A DNA stretch of 64,000 bases from Amphiscolops sp. MND2022. Its lineage: Eukaryota. Positions 12,101 through 22,900 of this stretch are shown here, piece after piece (within the stretch, counting starts at the first letter, position 1; the number at the start of each line of letters is the position of its first letter). Made by a program: the position numbers and the translations under genes. The notes beneath the pieces were generated by a model that worked only from the letters and a program-made list of their open reading frames with translations, did no database searches and had not been told where the DNA came from. The stretch covers positions 95,854,001-95,918,000 of the forward strand of contig OZ076409.1 in the NCBI GenBank assembly GCA_964187785.1, given 5' to 3'.

Positions 12101-15100
12101 CCTATTTACGGGAAAAATATTGAAAAATTTTCCGATTCAAATAAATAGGGTAGCCCAAAACTAAGAAGGATGTTAATTGATTTTTAATCGGTGTTGTATT
12201 ATGTATGTTCTCAATAATCAACATTTCACTAATTTTTTTTGCTGATTTCAACGTAAAATAGGTATTCAACTTATTATATTTAGTTTCCACGTAAACTTTT
12301 TATGCGCTGAAAAAATTGCATTTTTTCGTAGATAAAGTAATAGTTTAAAGGAGTTGGAAAAAATTTTCGACTACTTGTGCAATTGTGACGTTTTTTTCTC
12401 CCCACCTTTCAAATGAAAACTTCAAATTTCTCAAAAAACTGTCCATACGATTTCCATACAATTTTGCAGTCATTCTACACCCAAAGGTGCTGCTGCGTGC
12501 GCAATGGCATCACAAAAATCGTAAGACTGGGATCTGAGAAACATAACCAAAATTAGTCCAAAAATGACCAAATGACAATAAAGTACGTAGTTTGTATTTC
12601 AATATTTTGACACGGTTCCGATTCTTTTACCGCACATGCGGCTCTGGTTGGCATCGCTATATTTTCTGAAGTTGTCTTAATCTGCTTTAAAAAGTTTCCA
12701 TCTCATATGAATCAATGTGGAATTGCCAGAACTTTAAATGGGTTTCCGCATTGGGAAAGTGTAAAGAAGTTTTCCACATTTTGTGGGTTGTATGAGAGAA
12801 AAGTGATAGAGGTTGGACAGAAATGTCGAATGCTCTTATACTCAAGCCTTTTATTGACTACTGCTATAAATTAATCACGTGCTAGGTATAGCCTGTAGCT
12901 AAGTGGTTGGCTTCTTAAATTTAGGGGCAATGAGTATGACGAAAAGCAAAAGTTTGCTCAAAAATAGTTAAATTTTTTCTTGAAAAACGAATTCTGCCGG
13001 AAGTTCTTGACTGTTGTCGAGAAATGATGCTTCAAAAGTGACTTTCATTTCATTTGAGATATTCGATCATTTCCTAAGATTTTTGCCCAGCTGGATTCCG
13101 TCATAAGTACGGCCGGATACCGGACTGGACATTGTGAAATTCTTGGGACACTTGATGTCGGGTACACCTCTACTAAGGATTATTTAACGTCGACAGTACA
13201 TCGAGAAGTTGAAAAATTTTACCAAAAAATTCAAATGCCGGTCGTACTCATAGCTTCCTTGAAAAAACTTCTATATATCTTTTCAGTGGTGGCCCACTGT
13301 GTTGCTAGAGTGGGACAGTAACTCAGTAAACAGTTGCTCAGTTACTGAGAAAAGGCAATTTTTTTGCAAACTTTTCACTTTTTTCCAGATAATTTTTTGC
13401 CGGTGGCTCGGAAAAAATATATTGACTCAAATAACAACTCACTCCAGTTAGTCCTGTATATTGTCGATAAGGAAGACAAATTTTTGTTTTCCCATATGTT
13501 TTCTGTATTTCGTATTTTTTTTTATATTTTTTCCCGATTTCAAATTTGTTCCAGAGTTAACTGTTCTAAATTTCTCAATTATTAAGAGGCTATCTTCAAC
13601 CGGGCAAGCGCCTTTTGGGAGCCTTTTCTGGTCTATTCTTTTGGTATTTTAAATTGATGATGTTGCTTGTAATATAGCCAGATAAATTAATTTAATATTT
13701 TTTATTGATTGCGAAAAAAATCGCTGTCCTCATTTGAGTACGAAATCACTGTTGAAGTTATACGGAAGTAATGAACAAGACGGGAACGTTTAAAGTCAGC
13801 GCTATATCTAAGGCTCAAACAGCGCAAAAGACTTTTTCTGAAAAAGAAACTTGAAATTTTTGATTTTTTTCTTTCAGAAAATGTCGCATAGTGCCGAAAA
13901 ATGTAAAAGAGGGGACCCTTTGGGCTATATCAACATATATTCTGTTGCAAATTATCAAAAAACTCGAAAGGAGAACTCTTTTCAGACATTAAAAAATTTT
14001 CGAAAAATCGCACAATGCCGAAAAAAATCGACCCTTTAGTCTCGTCCGGCTTTGTAGGTTACGTTAAAATAGTAAAAAATGAAAGGGGGACCCTTTTCAC
14101 TAATTTCTGCTGACCGGACTTGGCCTTATGGCAGTTGTTTTAGTAGTTTTGATTGTAAGAAAAGTGGCCCAATCAGAGTGATATTGTAGTCTGACGAAAA
14201 AGGAAAAAAACTAGCCACTGTAATAGTCGGGCACTTTTCAGTAGAAAAGCGCCGACTAAAAACATAGTGGGAACCCTTCAAACGTCCTAACTTTTTTCAA
14301 ACTGTTTTTGGATGTAGATAAAAAAGTGCGTATAAATTGTATTTCCGGCAGGGTTCGCATGTTTAAAACGTGTTTAAGACGTGTTTTGAACGCGTTTTAA
14401 TCATGTTTTGAACAGAGTTTTGAACATAACGAAAACCTTCATTTTGTTCAATTGTTTTTATTTCAGTTGAAGGTATTTTCAAGTTCCTAAAATTGCAAGT
14501 AATCTTGGGTATATTTGCGAAAGACACCAAGAAAATTTCCGATGCGCTTCTGGTTCTTATCCCAAGTTCGGCAGGCTTGGAACGAATTTTCAGCACCCTG
14601 GGTTTTCTTGCACAACGAAACAAGAAATCGACTCTCAATTGAGAAAGCCAACGAACTTGCTTTGTGCCTTCGCTCACTGCAGTAAACTCAGTTCTTAGGT
14701 CGTTTAGTGTCAAGAAGTATTTATGTGACAGATCTAGAGTTTTGAACTGTTTTAAACAAAAAAGTTTGATGTTTTGAAACGTTTTAAACACGATTTTTAA
14801 ATTTTTTTCCGAACCTTGATTTCCGGTTTCGTCAGTATAAATACAATCAACTCCGCCGGTTAATTCGTATCCGGATAATTCGTATGCATCTGAGACCCCC
14901 ATTTCGCGGCGACCAAAGTATTGTCATCCGGTTGATTCGTATTTCTCCTTGTTTATACTATTTTATTCGGTCTCTGGCGATACGAATTAGGCGGATTCCA
15001 CTGTAGTTCGAAATAGAAGAAGGAATATATGTTGTTGGTTTCAGAATTGGGTCGTCCTACGCCACTCGGTCCAACAGGTATCGGCAGCTGGACTACGACA

Positions 15101-15234
15101 GACTGATGCTTCTCGAGACACAGAGCAAATACGCAGACTTGGACCTCAACCAGACAGCCAGAAGAAGCCAGCGGCAGGGAAATCCAAAGGCGCTCACAGC
15201 CACGGGCACAAATATAAATTCAGACACAAGATAG
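2989..15234 (+). CDS. DNAJC4: DNAJC4/DnaJ-60-like J-domain protein, paralog 1 (spliced; first coding exon unresolved)
   Basis: GT-AG exons join in frame: 2989-3109 (AYFKRCFSFSSHTDYYAILGVSKSASADEIKAAFVKQSKM), 7561-7793 (LHPDKNPSNKSHSQFVKLNEAYSTLKSPDSRRHYD...), 11497-11643 (TM: GNRVILGLMLAIVVCYGIARF...DRES), 15045-15234 (RIGSSYATRSNRYRQ...TAG). J-domain with HPD, then a single TM and tail resembling my recollection of DNAJC4. Confidence 0.8.
3150..3467 (+). mobile_element. HINE/DINE-1-like element, family A (short copy)
   Basis: T-run+GGTCGGCGCC ... GGCGCCGACT + hairpin GCCGGtcCCGGC + TTGTT. Confidence 0.7.
3920..5720 (+). mobile_element. Non-autonomous LTR element with env-like ORF only
   Basis: Direct repeats 3920-4256 and 5471-5720 starting TGTCATG; purine tract AAGGGAGGAAG before the 3' LTR; flanking duplication AGACT, single in the empty-site pogo near 44967. 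Confidence 0.85.
4271..5065 (+). CDS. Envelope/fusion-glycoprotein-like C-terminal fragment of the LTR element
   Basis: 264 open codons with no ATG start; Cys-spaced ectodomain (SCIATLLF...VCET...LGYGIWLI...CQIC), C-terminal TM and tail; env position just upstream of the 3' LTR. Confidence 0.6.
   Translation: MLFDSPLEALSVCETNIISLPSPEQATNLGYGIWLITSASTDFIFRESSSVSSSTKSLSGCQICIITLECGMTIRTSNIKIRSDLLSCSQIPAIKLRLSLPDPLQSLIMEIPPLEDLPLFTTKAEAGANFLGTVRKELISSPPVRQVNQLVDIARPFANNMKLMKPSLTREFNQYVPFKVSLTLFIVVLLVSTALHFLFMYLYHRFHINDRLKKLLGKFNAEPEVRPQPPPEYLTDATNKASSNSSNHPVLLAKHDRQCDTSSM
6059..6454 (+). mobile_element. HINE family A 3' part (host of the pogo)
   Basis: Homologous to 45516-45908; ends GCGCCGACTttAGACattccCGTCTTGTT. 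Confidence 0.75.
6628..7329 (-). mobile_element. HINE family A with ~115-bp internal tandem repeats
   Basis: AACAAGCCGGGAACGGC 3' end; degenerate 5' end near 7320; repeated GGGATTTTTCAACATCCATTCTGTCGC. Confidence 0.75.
7561..7793 (+). CDS. Paralog 1 exon: HPD, helices III-IV and G/Y-rich linker
   Basis: tttcag|CTTCACCCAGAC...TG|gttagt. Confidence 0.9.
7915..8347 (+). mobile_element. HINE family A variant with a tRNA-like B-box segment
   Basis: TTTTTAGTCGGCGC start; GGTTCGAGTCCC near 8098; ends TTCCCGGCTTGTT. Confidence 0.6.
8726..8843. repeat. ~52-bp tandem repeat, about 2.3 copies
   Basis: GTAGCAGCGAGGCAG recurs near 8726, 8777 and 8829. Confidence 0.85.
8924..9221 (+). CDS. Paralog 1 putative alternative terminal exon pair (8924-9112 and 9170-9221) encoding a TM segment and short tail
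   Basis: ttcag|G phase-2 acceptor in frame with the HPD exon; HIVSTYLTMFLLLFVLT; AT|gtgagt...ttaccag|G; RDTREAKSTAPPRQHR-TGA; AATAAA at 9252-9257. Confidence 0.65.
9261..9639 (-). mobile_element. HINE family A
   Basis: Both termini present; homologous to 47542-48069. Confidence 0.75.
10038..11429 (+). mobile_element. HINE family A with about 9 central ~122-bp tandem repeats
   Basis: 5' AGTCGGCGCTTTcctgAAAAGAGCCGACT; 3' GCGCCGACT plus hairpin; CCACCAAAGGG recurs every ~122 bp from 10239 to 11218. Confidence 0.85.
11497..11643 (+). CDS. Paralog 1 TM exon (DNAJC4-type)
   Basis: cgccag|G...AG|gtctaa, phase 2-2; NRVILGLMLAIVVCYGIARF. Confidence 0.8.
12346..12649 (+). mobile_element. HINE family B (short copy; another partial copy at ~9707-9960)
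   Basis: AGGAGTTGGaaaaaattttCGACT start; CCGCAcaTGCGG hairpin + CTCTGGTT end. Confidence 0.65.
12923..13259. mobile_element. MITE with imperfect TIRs
   Basis: AGGGGCAATGAGTATGAC ... GTCGTACTCATAGCTTCCT; TSD unclear. Confidence 0.5.
13774..14262 (-). mobile_element. HINE family A (GACG-hairpin subfamily)
   Basis: AACAAGACGGGAACGT 3' end; GCGCCGACTAAAAA 5' end. Confidence 0.75.
14349..14818. mobile_element. hAT-like MITE
   Basis: TIR CAGGGTTCG / CGAACCTTG; perfect 8-bp TSD ATTTCCGG. Confidence 0.8.
14844..15003. mobile_element. Tigger-like MITE (inverted copy at ~39215-39449)
   Basis: TA-flanked; terminus CGAATTAGGCGGATTCCACTG|TA resembles the terminus at 264. Confidence 0.6.
15045..15234 (+). 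CDS. Paralog 1 terminal exon
   Basis: ggtttcag|A ATT GGG...AGA TAG; open in frame with the preceding phase-2 donor; GC-richer than its flanks. Confidence 0.75.
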
Positions 15235-15497
15235 TATTATTCGAATTAGTTTCTTTTAGAGTGGTTTATTTAGTTCAATTTTTCCAATCGATGAATTGTT
15301 TTAATGCTTCAATTGAAGTTAGCATCTTTGATGATGTTTGAGGGATTCGAACAGAGCAAAATGTTATAGATTGCTACCTCAGAGCAATTTTGGGATAGTT
15401 GTAAGCAAAGTACAATAGTGTAAGAAAAGAACTGAGCCATTATTTGTAAGAAATAATTTGGACTGCATGTAAACAAAGCTAGCATTTTACATGGGGA

Positions 15498-16190
15498 TTT
15501 TTTAGGAGTCGGAAAAAATTTTCGACTACTTATGCAATCGTGCTGTTTTTTTTTCTCCCGACCTTTTCATGAAAATTTCAAATTTCTCAAAAACTGTCCA
15601 TACGATTTTCACAAAATTTTGCACAGCATTCTACACCCAAAGGGGCCCCTGCGTGTGCAAAGGCATCAAAATCGTATGGCCTGGATGTGAGAAACATAGC
15701 CAAAATTAGCCCAAAAATGGCCAAAAAACAGCCATTTTTCGACTTTTTTCGATTTTCTCAAAAACTGTCCATACGATTCGAACGAAATTTTCTACAGTTA
15801 TTCTACACCATATTAGAGTCCTATATGTGCAATGGCATCAAAATCGTATGGCTGGGATGTGAGAAACATAGTCAAAATTAGCCCAAAAATGGCCAAAAAA
15901 CAGCCATTTTTCGACTTTTTTCGATTTTCTCAAAAACTGTCCATACGATTCGAACGAAATTTTCTACAGTCATTCTACACCATATTATGGTCCTTTATGT
16001 GCAATTTCATCAAATTCGTATGGCTGAGATGTGAGAAACATAGCCAAATTTAGCCCAAAAATGGCCAAAAAAACAGTCATTTTCAGATTTTTTCGATTTT
16101 CTCACAAACTCTTCATACGATTCGAACGAACGCGAGTCAGAAGGAAAAAGACTTAAGCCGACTCCTTTACCGCATATGCGGCTCTGGTTT
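15498..16190 (+). mobile_element. HINE family B with ~171-bp internal repeats (about 3.3 copies)
   Basis: subTIR AGGAGTCGG / CCGACTCCT; 3' hairpin CCGCAtaTGCGG; T-rich flanks. Confidence 0.8.
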
Positions 16191-16874
16191 ATTGTCTATT
16201 TTATAAATTTAAGGGACTAGAAAGACCAATGGAATGTTCAAGATTATTGGTTTAATCGCCCTATTTATAATTAGTAGATTCTCCTGATAATAATTTTATT
16301 GGTAAAAATTCTAATACCGAAAACATAATCCCCAATCTTTGCGAAAAATAGCTGTGAAGATAATAAATCAAATGAAATGAAAAACCCTTATCAAAAACTA
16401 TATAATACCAATTATCTTGATGTAAAACAGTTGACTATCTTCAGTTTAAGTACGTTATTCCTTTTCAAAATAATTTCCCAGAAACTTGTTGAGTATATAG
16501 TTATTTCCTTGAGATGCCCAATGGCTAAAACTAAAATTGGGGGGGGGAGTGATGGTGTTGCGAATTCTGAAAGCAACAGTGTTAGTTTGAATGTTTATTA
16601 TTTGAATGTGAAAGATCAAGGTTTAGGTTCTTTTATGCCCCCCCCAACCATCAAAAAAAGCCAGGGTAACAGAAAAGCGCCAAGGTTTGGTCAAATCAGG
16701 CAAAACTTTTGAAAGTCGTCAAAATTTAGGTTTGAATGGCTTCCATTCCAATTCAGGGACGCACTTATTCTGACTGTTCTTTTCAAAAGTGTCCAGATGA
16801 GGGCTAGTTTAGCGCTTGAATTGACTCTGCGTGAGGAAATATTTTTCAGATGTGATGAATTGGATTCTTGCAAA

Positions 16875-16993
16875 ATGAAGTTTAGAGCGGTGCCTCTATC
16901 ATCGTACAGCTGTTTGCTATGTTCTTTGTTGAAAAACAATGCATGCAAAGTTGGCGGGTCTTTCAAAACCATTCAATCCTTTTCCACGTCCAG
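16875..16993 (+). CDS. Paralog 2 exon 1 (targeting-peptide-like)
   Basis: ATG, R/K/S-rich with no acidic residues; AG|gttagt phase-2 donor. Confidence 0.7.
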
Positions 16994-19900
16994 GTTAGTT
17001 TTCTGAAATTCTTAAAACAACGACTTCGTTTCGTTGAAGTGATTAAATCAATCATGTTCAAGTCAGCCTAAAATTTGGCCTCTTTTCAATGATTTGAATG
17101 ACAATTCGTCTAAATTTGGGATCCTCCAAATCAGAATTTTGACACAGCTGATCAGTAAATTAGCGGTCACGCCGAATTTTTTCAGCTATTCAAATTAGCG
17201 GCAACTAATAGATTGTCCAAATTCAAAGGTTCTTCTGAAAATAGTGAATTCCGAAAAATTCCAGCTCTGACCCAGATGGTATGAAAAATTCTTGTTAAAT
17301 TTTAGTCAAGTTATCATTCAATTTAAAAACATACTTGAAGTCAAATGTTTAAAAATTTTTGAAGAAAAAGTGTTTCAGCGAAGTAGCGATTTTGAAATTA
17401 ACAATTTAGCGATTAGCGAAAAAAAAGTAGCGACGTCGAAAACCTGCTCCAAAGGTTGCTTTCTAGGTTGTGTATTCAATTTCATAAATATTCCATTACC
17501 TCCTTGAAGATTCTTGCTTTGCTTGATTGAATGAATTGAATTTGCAAAACGTTACCCGTAATACCGTCCTGTTTTTGAAGCATTAAGACGCATGTTGTGT
17601 TTCGGAAGAGCTCGGAATGTTGAAATTGTTAAAATTGTTGAAATTTTGTTCTCAAGATATTTATCGTTCCAAAAAAACGGTCTTGGATAGCCTTGAGTAT
17701 TTCGCTTCAGACCGACACAAAGTTCTCCGGACACCTTTTATGACATTCTTCAAGTGGATGCTGGGGCTTCCCAAGAAGAGATCAAAGAATCCTTCGTCAG
17801 ACTCAGCAAGCAAGTTAGTAGCTAAGCATTTGACGGCACTTTTCAGTTGATGCAGCCAAATACTACAATGAATGAGCATGCCCCAGTCGAAGTTGCCGCG
17901 AAGTTTTACAGGCACCTTCAAAAAATGCCGGCAAGTTTTTTCTTTTAAAACATGAAAAAATCAAGGACCATGCCTCGAAAAAATCTGTAAAATTGAAAGG
18001 CAACGTATAAAATTTTGCAAAATTACCAGGCAACTTGGAAAAGGCTGGCAGCATTTTAAGGTGCTCTAAAGAATTCCCTGTAACCTATAAAACATTTCTA
18101 TTTGAACTCAATTCTCATTCTGACGAAGTCTAATTCCTTCAATTCTGATTTTTTTTGCAAAATAATCATTAAGAATGAAACTGAATTGAAATGAATCACA
18201 ATATACAAAGCCTCTTTATCAATGAATTAGCAAAAATCAGGCACAATGAAAAAAAATGAATTCTGAAAGTCAACGGTTTTCTCCATCAAAATTGACACTA
18301 GCGGAAGATATCAATTCGTAGGATTCACCCAACACGCTATCACGCATTAGCCACTTCACAAAAGCATCAAGTTGACACGGTCCGAAACGAAAGCATCCGA
18401 TCAATATCTTCAGAATTACAGATCAAAAACTCCAAAACAGACCTTATCGAACGAAAAACTGTTCTGGAACTTCGAAATGTCCTTCAGGCCTTTCATTCAA
18501 GTAGTTCGGCCACAAATAAAGAAAGCCAAAAGGAAGTTTTGAAAAGAAAAATTACTCCTGAAAAGAACTTCCGAAAAACGGATTGTTTCGTGCAAAACAC
18601 AAGAAGCAAACACATCAGTTATAGGTTGTTTCAAACACGAAGTCTTCAAAAAGCAGAAAGCAAAAAACATCAGAAAAAATCTACAACAAATACGACGAAA
18701 CTTGAGAGAATTACAGAAAACGCCTGGGAACTCATGACCAAAGCTGTTCGAGAGCATCGTAATCCTCTTTCACGTCCAACACTACAGCTGGAGCTGTCAA
18801 CTCGGATGATTCAGCCAACAAGCCATCACGCATCTGTCACTCCAGAAAAACATCAAGTTGACAGGGTCTGAAACAAACTTATCTCCTGATCACTATTCTC
18901 TAAATTGCAGATCAAAAACTTCAAAACATACCTTATCGAACAAAAAACTGTTCTCGAACTTCGAAATGTCCTTCAGGCCTTTCATTCAAGTAGTTCGGCC
19001 TGAAATGAAGAAGGCGAAAAGGGTGTTTTGAGAAAACTCACTACTGAAAAAAGCTCAGAAAAACGAATTGTTTCGTGCAAACTTAAGTAGCAAAAACACC
19101 AGCTAGGATTGCTTCAAACACGAAGTTTTCAAAAAAGCAGAAAGCAAAAAAGATAGAAAAAATGTAGAACAAATACGACGAATCTTGAATTACCGAAAAC
19201 GTCTGGGAACCCTTGACCGAAGGAGTTCGAGAGCATCTTCAACGTCTCTTACGTCCAACACCACAGCTGAAGCTGCCAACTCGGATGATTCACGCAACAG
19301 GCCATCGCACATCAGTCACTATAGAAAAGCATCTGAAAACACTGTTGAAAGGGTCTGAACTAAAATTATCTGATCAATATTATCTAAATTGCTGATAAAA
19401 AAAAACTCCAAAACGTATCTTAACGAACGAGAATTGAGAACTTTGGAATGTCCTCGTTTCAGGAATGCCTTTCATTCAAGTAGTTCGGTCGCAAATAAAG
19501 AAAGCCAAAACATGGTTTGCTAGGAAAAATCAAAATTCCACTTGCCATCAAGATTGCAGAAGTCCTCAAGCAGGAGCTTCAATATCTTCTCCGGGCGGGA
19601 AGAATCTGAGAATGTTTCTACAACGAAGTTCTTCCAATAAATGACCTAGATTGTATGGCCCAATCAACACCACCTATATTTTATGACATCTCCAAAGTCC
19701 ACAAGAAGGACATTCCGCTCTGACCTGTTCTGTCTTTGCCGGGTAGCATCTACTACAACCTCAATCGCAAACTTTCACTGTTTTCTCAAGACACAGCAGA
19801 TGCTAATATTGAGACGTCCACTGTTGACATGAGGAATCGGCTTGCTGCTCCTGAGTTAGAACCAGATGGAGTGGTTTTCTCGATGGTCGTGGAAGGTCTA

Positions 19901-22900
19901 CACCAACGTGCCCGTGGTGGAAGCGATCCTCCTGGCAGCGGACAAATTTTATGCAAGTGACAAACAGCCTTCCATTGAGATACTCTTTGTGGCCTTTTGA
20001 GTTTAGCAGTGACCAACGCGCATTTCATGGCTAACGGTCGATGGTATAGACAATGCGTTGGTGTTGCCATGGGATCAGCTTTCGTGGCGGTTTTTCTAGC
20101 TAATTTGTGGCTCAGTCATTATGAAGGAAACCGTTCGGGGACAGACACCACTCTGTTGGTTAGCAGTTCATGTCCAAACGTGGACAAAAGTCAAGCCGAA
20201 ACAAGTGTGTGCTTGCGCTGCCAAACGAAGATCACGAAACGGTGTAATGTATGTCTCACCCGGTGCCATCGCAAATGACCGGACCTGGAGTGTGAGTCTA
20301 CATGTATTCAAAAGTAGATTGAAAATTCATCTGGAAAGAGTCAAATGCAGTTCCTATTCAAGTAGCTAGTACCTGGCGTGGTTTCCGCTTCAAATAAACC
20401 TGTCTGCCTTTCTTTTTGCACATGACGAAGTCAATGTGCATTGCAGTCGAGCTAAGTAAGTTTTTTTTCCACAATAGCCAACTTCATAATGAGCGCCTTT
20501 TAGACAAAAGCCAAAACCCCAGAGAGATTCGAACCTGCAGCCTCCCGATTGCACGGCATAAGTGTTGACCACTGTGCCATAGGGACGTTATTGAACAAAG
20601 TTGAACTGTTGAATATATACGCATGCGATTAAAATAATATGTATATATACGCATATTAAAATAATCGATGCTTCGTCATGTGTTGCGAAGCACCGCTTCG
20701 CCTCTGTGTTAATTGTTGTAAAGTTAGAGAAAACTACTTGTGCTTGCATAAGTCATCTACACTTATTGTATGGTAAGCTGTCAGCTATCCCCTTACAATA
20801 ATATAGTGTTGTCTCTCTCTCTGCAAGTTGATGACATAAGGAGGTTCAGTCGCAACAATACACCCTGGTTTTGTGGATGTCTTTCCAACAGCGCTCAGGT
20901 GCAGGTCAGCATCCCAAAAGCCAAAGTTTTTGTAGGTATGTCGACGACATTATTAGAACAGCGAAAATGACTGACATAGATTGCATCATGTCACATGCTA
21001 ATAACCTGCCGCAATTTCACTTCCGAAAGAGAAGTGAAGAATGAAATACCGTGTCTTTACATGATGGTGGAACGTAACGATGGCAAATTCAGCACTGCGT
21101 TGTAAAGCAAGCCCACAAATACAGGCCTCGTGTGCAAAACACAAGAAGCCAAAACATCAGCTGTAGGATTCTTTGAAAACGTTTTCGAAAAAGGCTAAAT
21201 GCGAAATATCACCAGAAAACATCTGCGGGCAACAAATACGATAAAATTTGAAATAATTACCGAAAATGGCCTGGGAACCCTTGCCCGAAGGAGTTAGAGA
21301 ACTCGCAATCGTCTTCCGTGTATAACACATCTGTATGGTTTACACCAGTTCCAGTCACTTTGAGAAATCTGGAAACATTTTGAGGAAGTAACCTTGATTT
21401 AAATGCAAATACTAAAATCAGTCTCAAAATTAACAAAACGAACATTCAGCGAACAGATTGAATTGCTCTTTCAAATAATAGCCCAGCATCGTATATACCA
21501 AACTCTTTTTTCAGATGGACACTGTCAGCCTCGAAATGATCTTTGGTTTCAATATCACGACGACTAACGTGTCACTAAGATGGCTATCATCAACAAAATG
21601 TACAAAATGAGACAAGCACCTCTTAAGGTTGGAGTCTGGAAATATGGGAACCGATTGGCTGGGGAAAACAAAAATGAAACTGAAAATACGGTTTTTCTAC
21701 CACTGATGTCCTTCCTGAATGTTGCTTTGTTCTATCAAGTTAAGGATAAAATTTTAAAAAATTGCCTACATAGATGAACTCGGTTGACAAATGAAGTGAA
21801 GAAACGTAAGTGGTAATTTAAATGGATTTTTAAAAAATCGATTTCACGATCGTTCGAACCTGAACGATATCAAGGATTCATGATTACAAAGAGGCATTTT
21901 GTTTGTTTTGTATATTATATTTGTTTTAAAAGGCCGAACAAGTACAGCCAGTTTAATGACGCTCGAAACACATGCCTCATTCAGTTAATGTGGTTTTTTC
22001 ACCCGCATCAGGCACAAATGAGTTTCCTTCCTAGGATTGATGCGATTAGATAGGTTCACCTCTTCTCCTGCGTCTAATTTACCCAAAAGTAGTGCCGCAT
22101 CTTTTTCTGTCGCTGGCTTCGCCATTTGTTACAATAAACGACAGTTTCCTGACGAAGTCCCCTACCAGGCAGTGAATCAATACTGATGTTGCTTCATGAT
22201 TGAGTAGAAACAAAAAGGGTAACGATCCATTTAATGATCGTTTTTGTTCGAAGTTTGAAGAAAACCTCAATTAGCCAGATAAACTGTTCTTCAGCACTCT
22301 GAGTACAATAAAGTAATAATGAGTTGTCAGTGTTGACAGTGCTGTACCTATAGAACGTCAGTTGTGTTCAAATTTTTCTTTCATCAAGCTCAAACCAGAT
22401 TTCTCATAGACCTAGTTAGAACGACTACCGTAGTTGCTAGCATTTCGTTGATAGGCACCACGGAGTATTCGTCTTAAAGGTCTGAAACTTCCTAGAAAAA
22501 GTTCCGAAGATTCTTCATTGGTTTCTTTGAACGGTTTTTCCCACAACTGCAGTTGCCCCCTCATTGACGCCGAGGTGATAAACAACCAAAACTGCAAAGT
22601 CATCGGACATGGTTTGTGTAAGGCATTCGCTCCAGTTCTCGTATGATTTAGTGTACATTAGAGAAGTGATGGTTTTAGAAGTTCGAGTAAAAAATGTCGA
22701 CTACGAAGATGTCACGGACCACATTTGATGAAAGAAAACTTTCAACATTCCTCTGAAGCAGCTATGAAGCGGTCGTCGAGTTGTCTCGCACTACCTTCGC
22801 GAGCAGTGTCGTTTTCAAGAGGAAGTTATCTACGAGATGAGACACTTTTTACGGTCCTACCTCGAACGGAGCTGAGCAGAAATTGATTTGCGGTCTCGGA

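Noticed and set aside
14363..14902. 179-aa minus-strand ORF
   Set aside because: It spans two adjacent MITEs and has no recognisable domain.
20515..20585. Functional tRNA gene (also ~8060, ~55805, ~56027, ~62740)
   Set aside because: A/B boxes are present but the T, anticodon or acceptor stems pair poorly, and all lie inside repeats.
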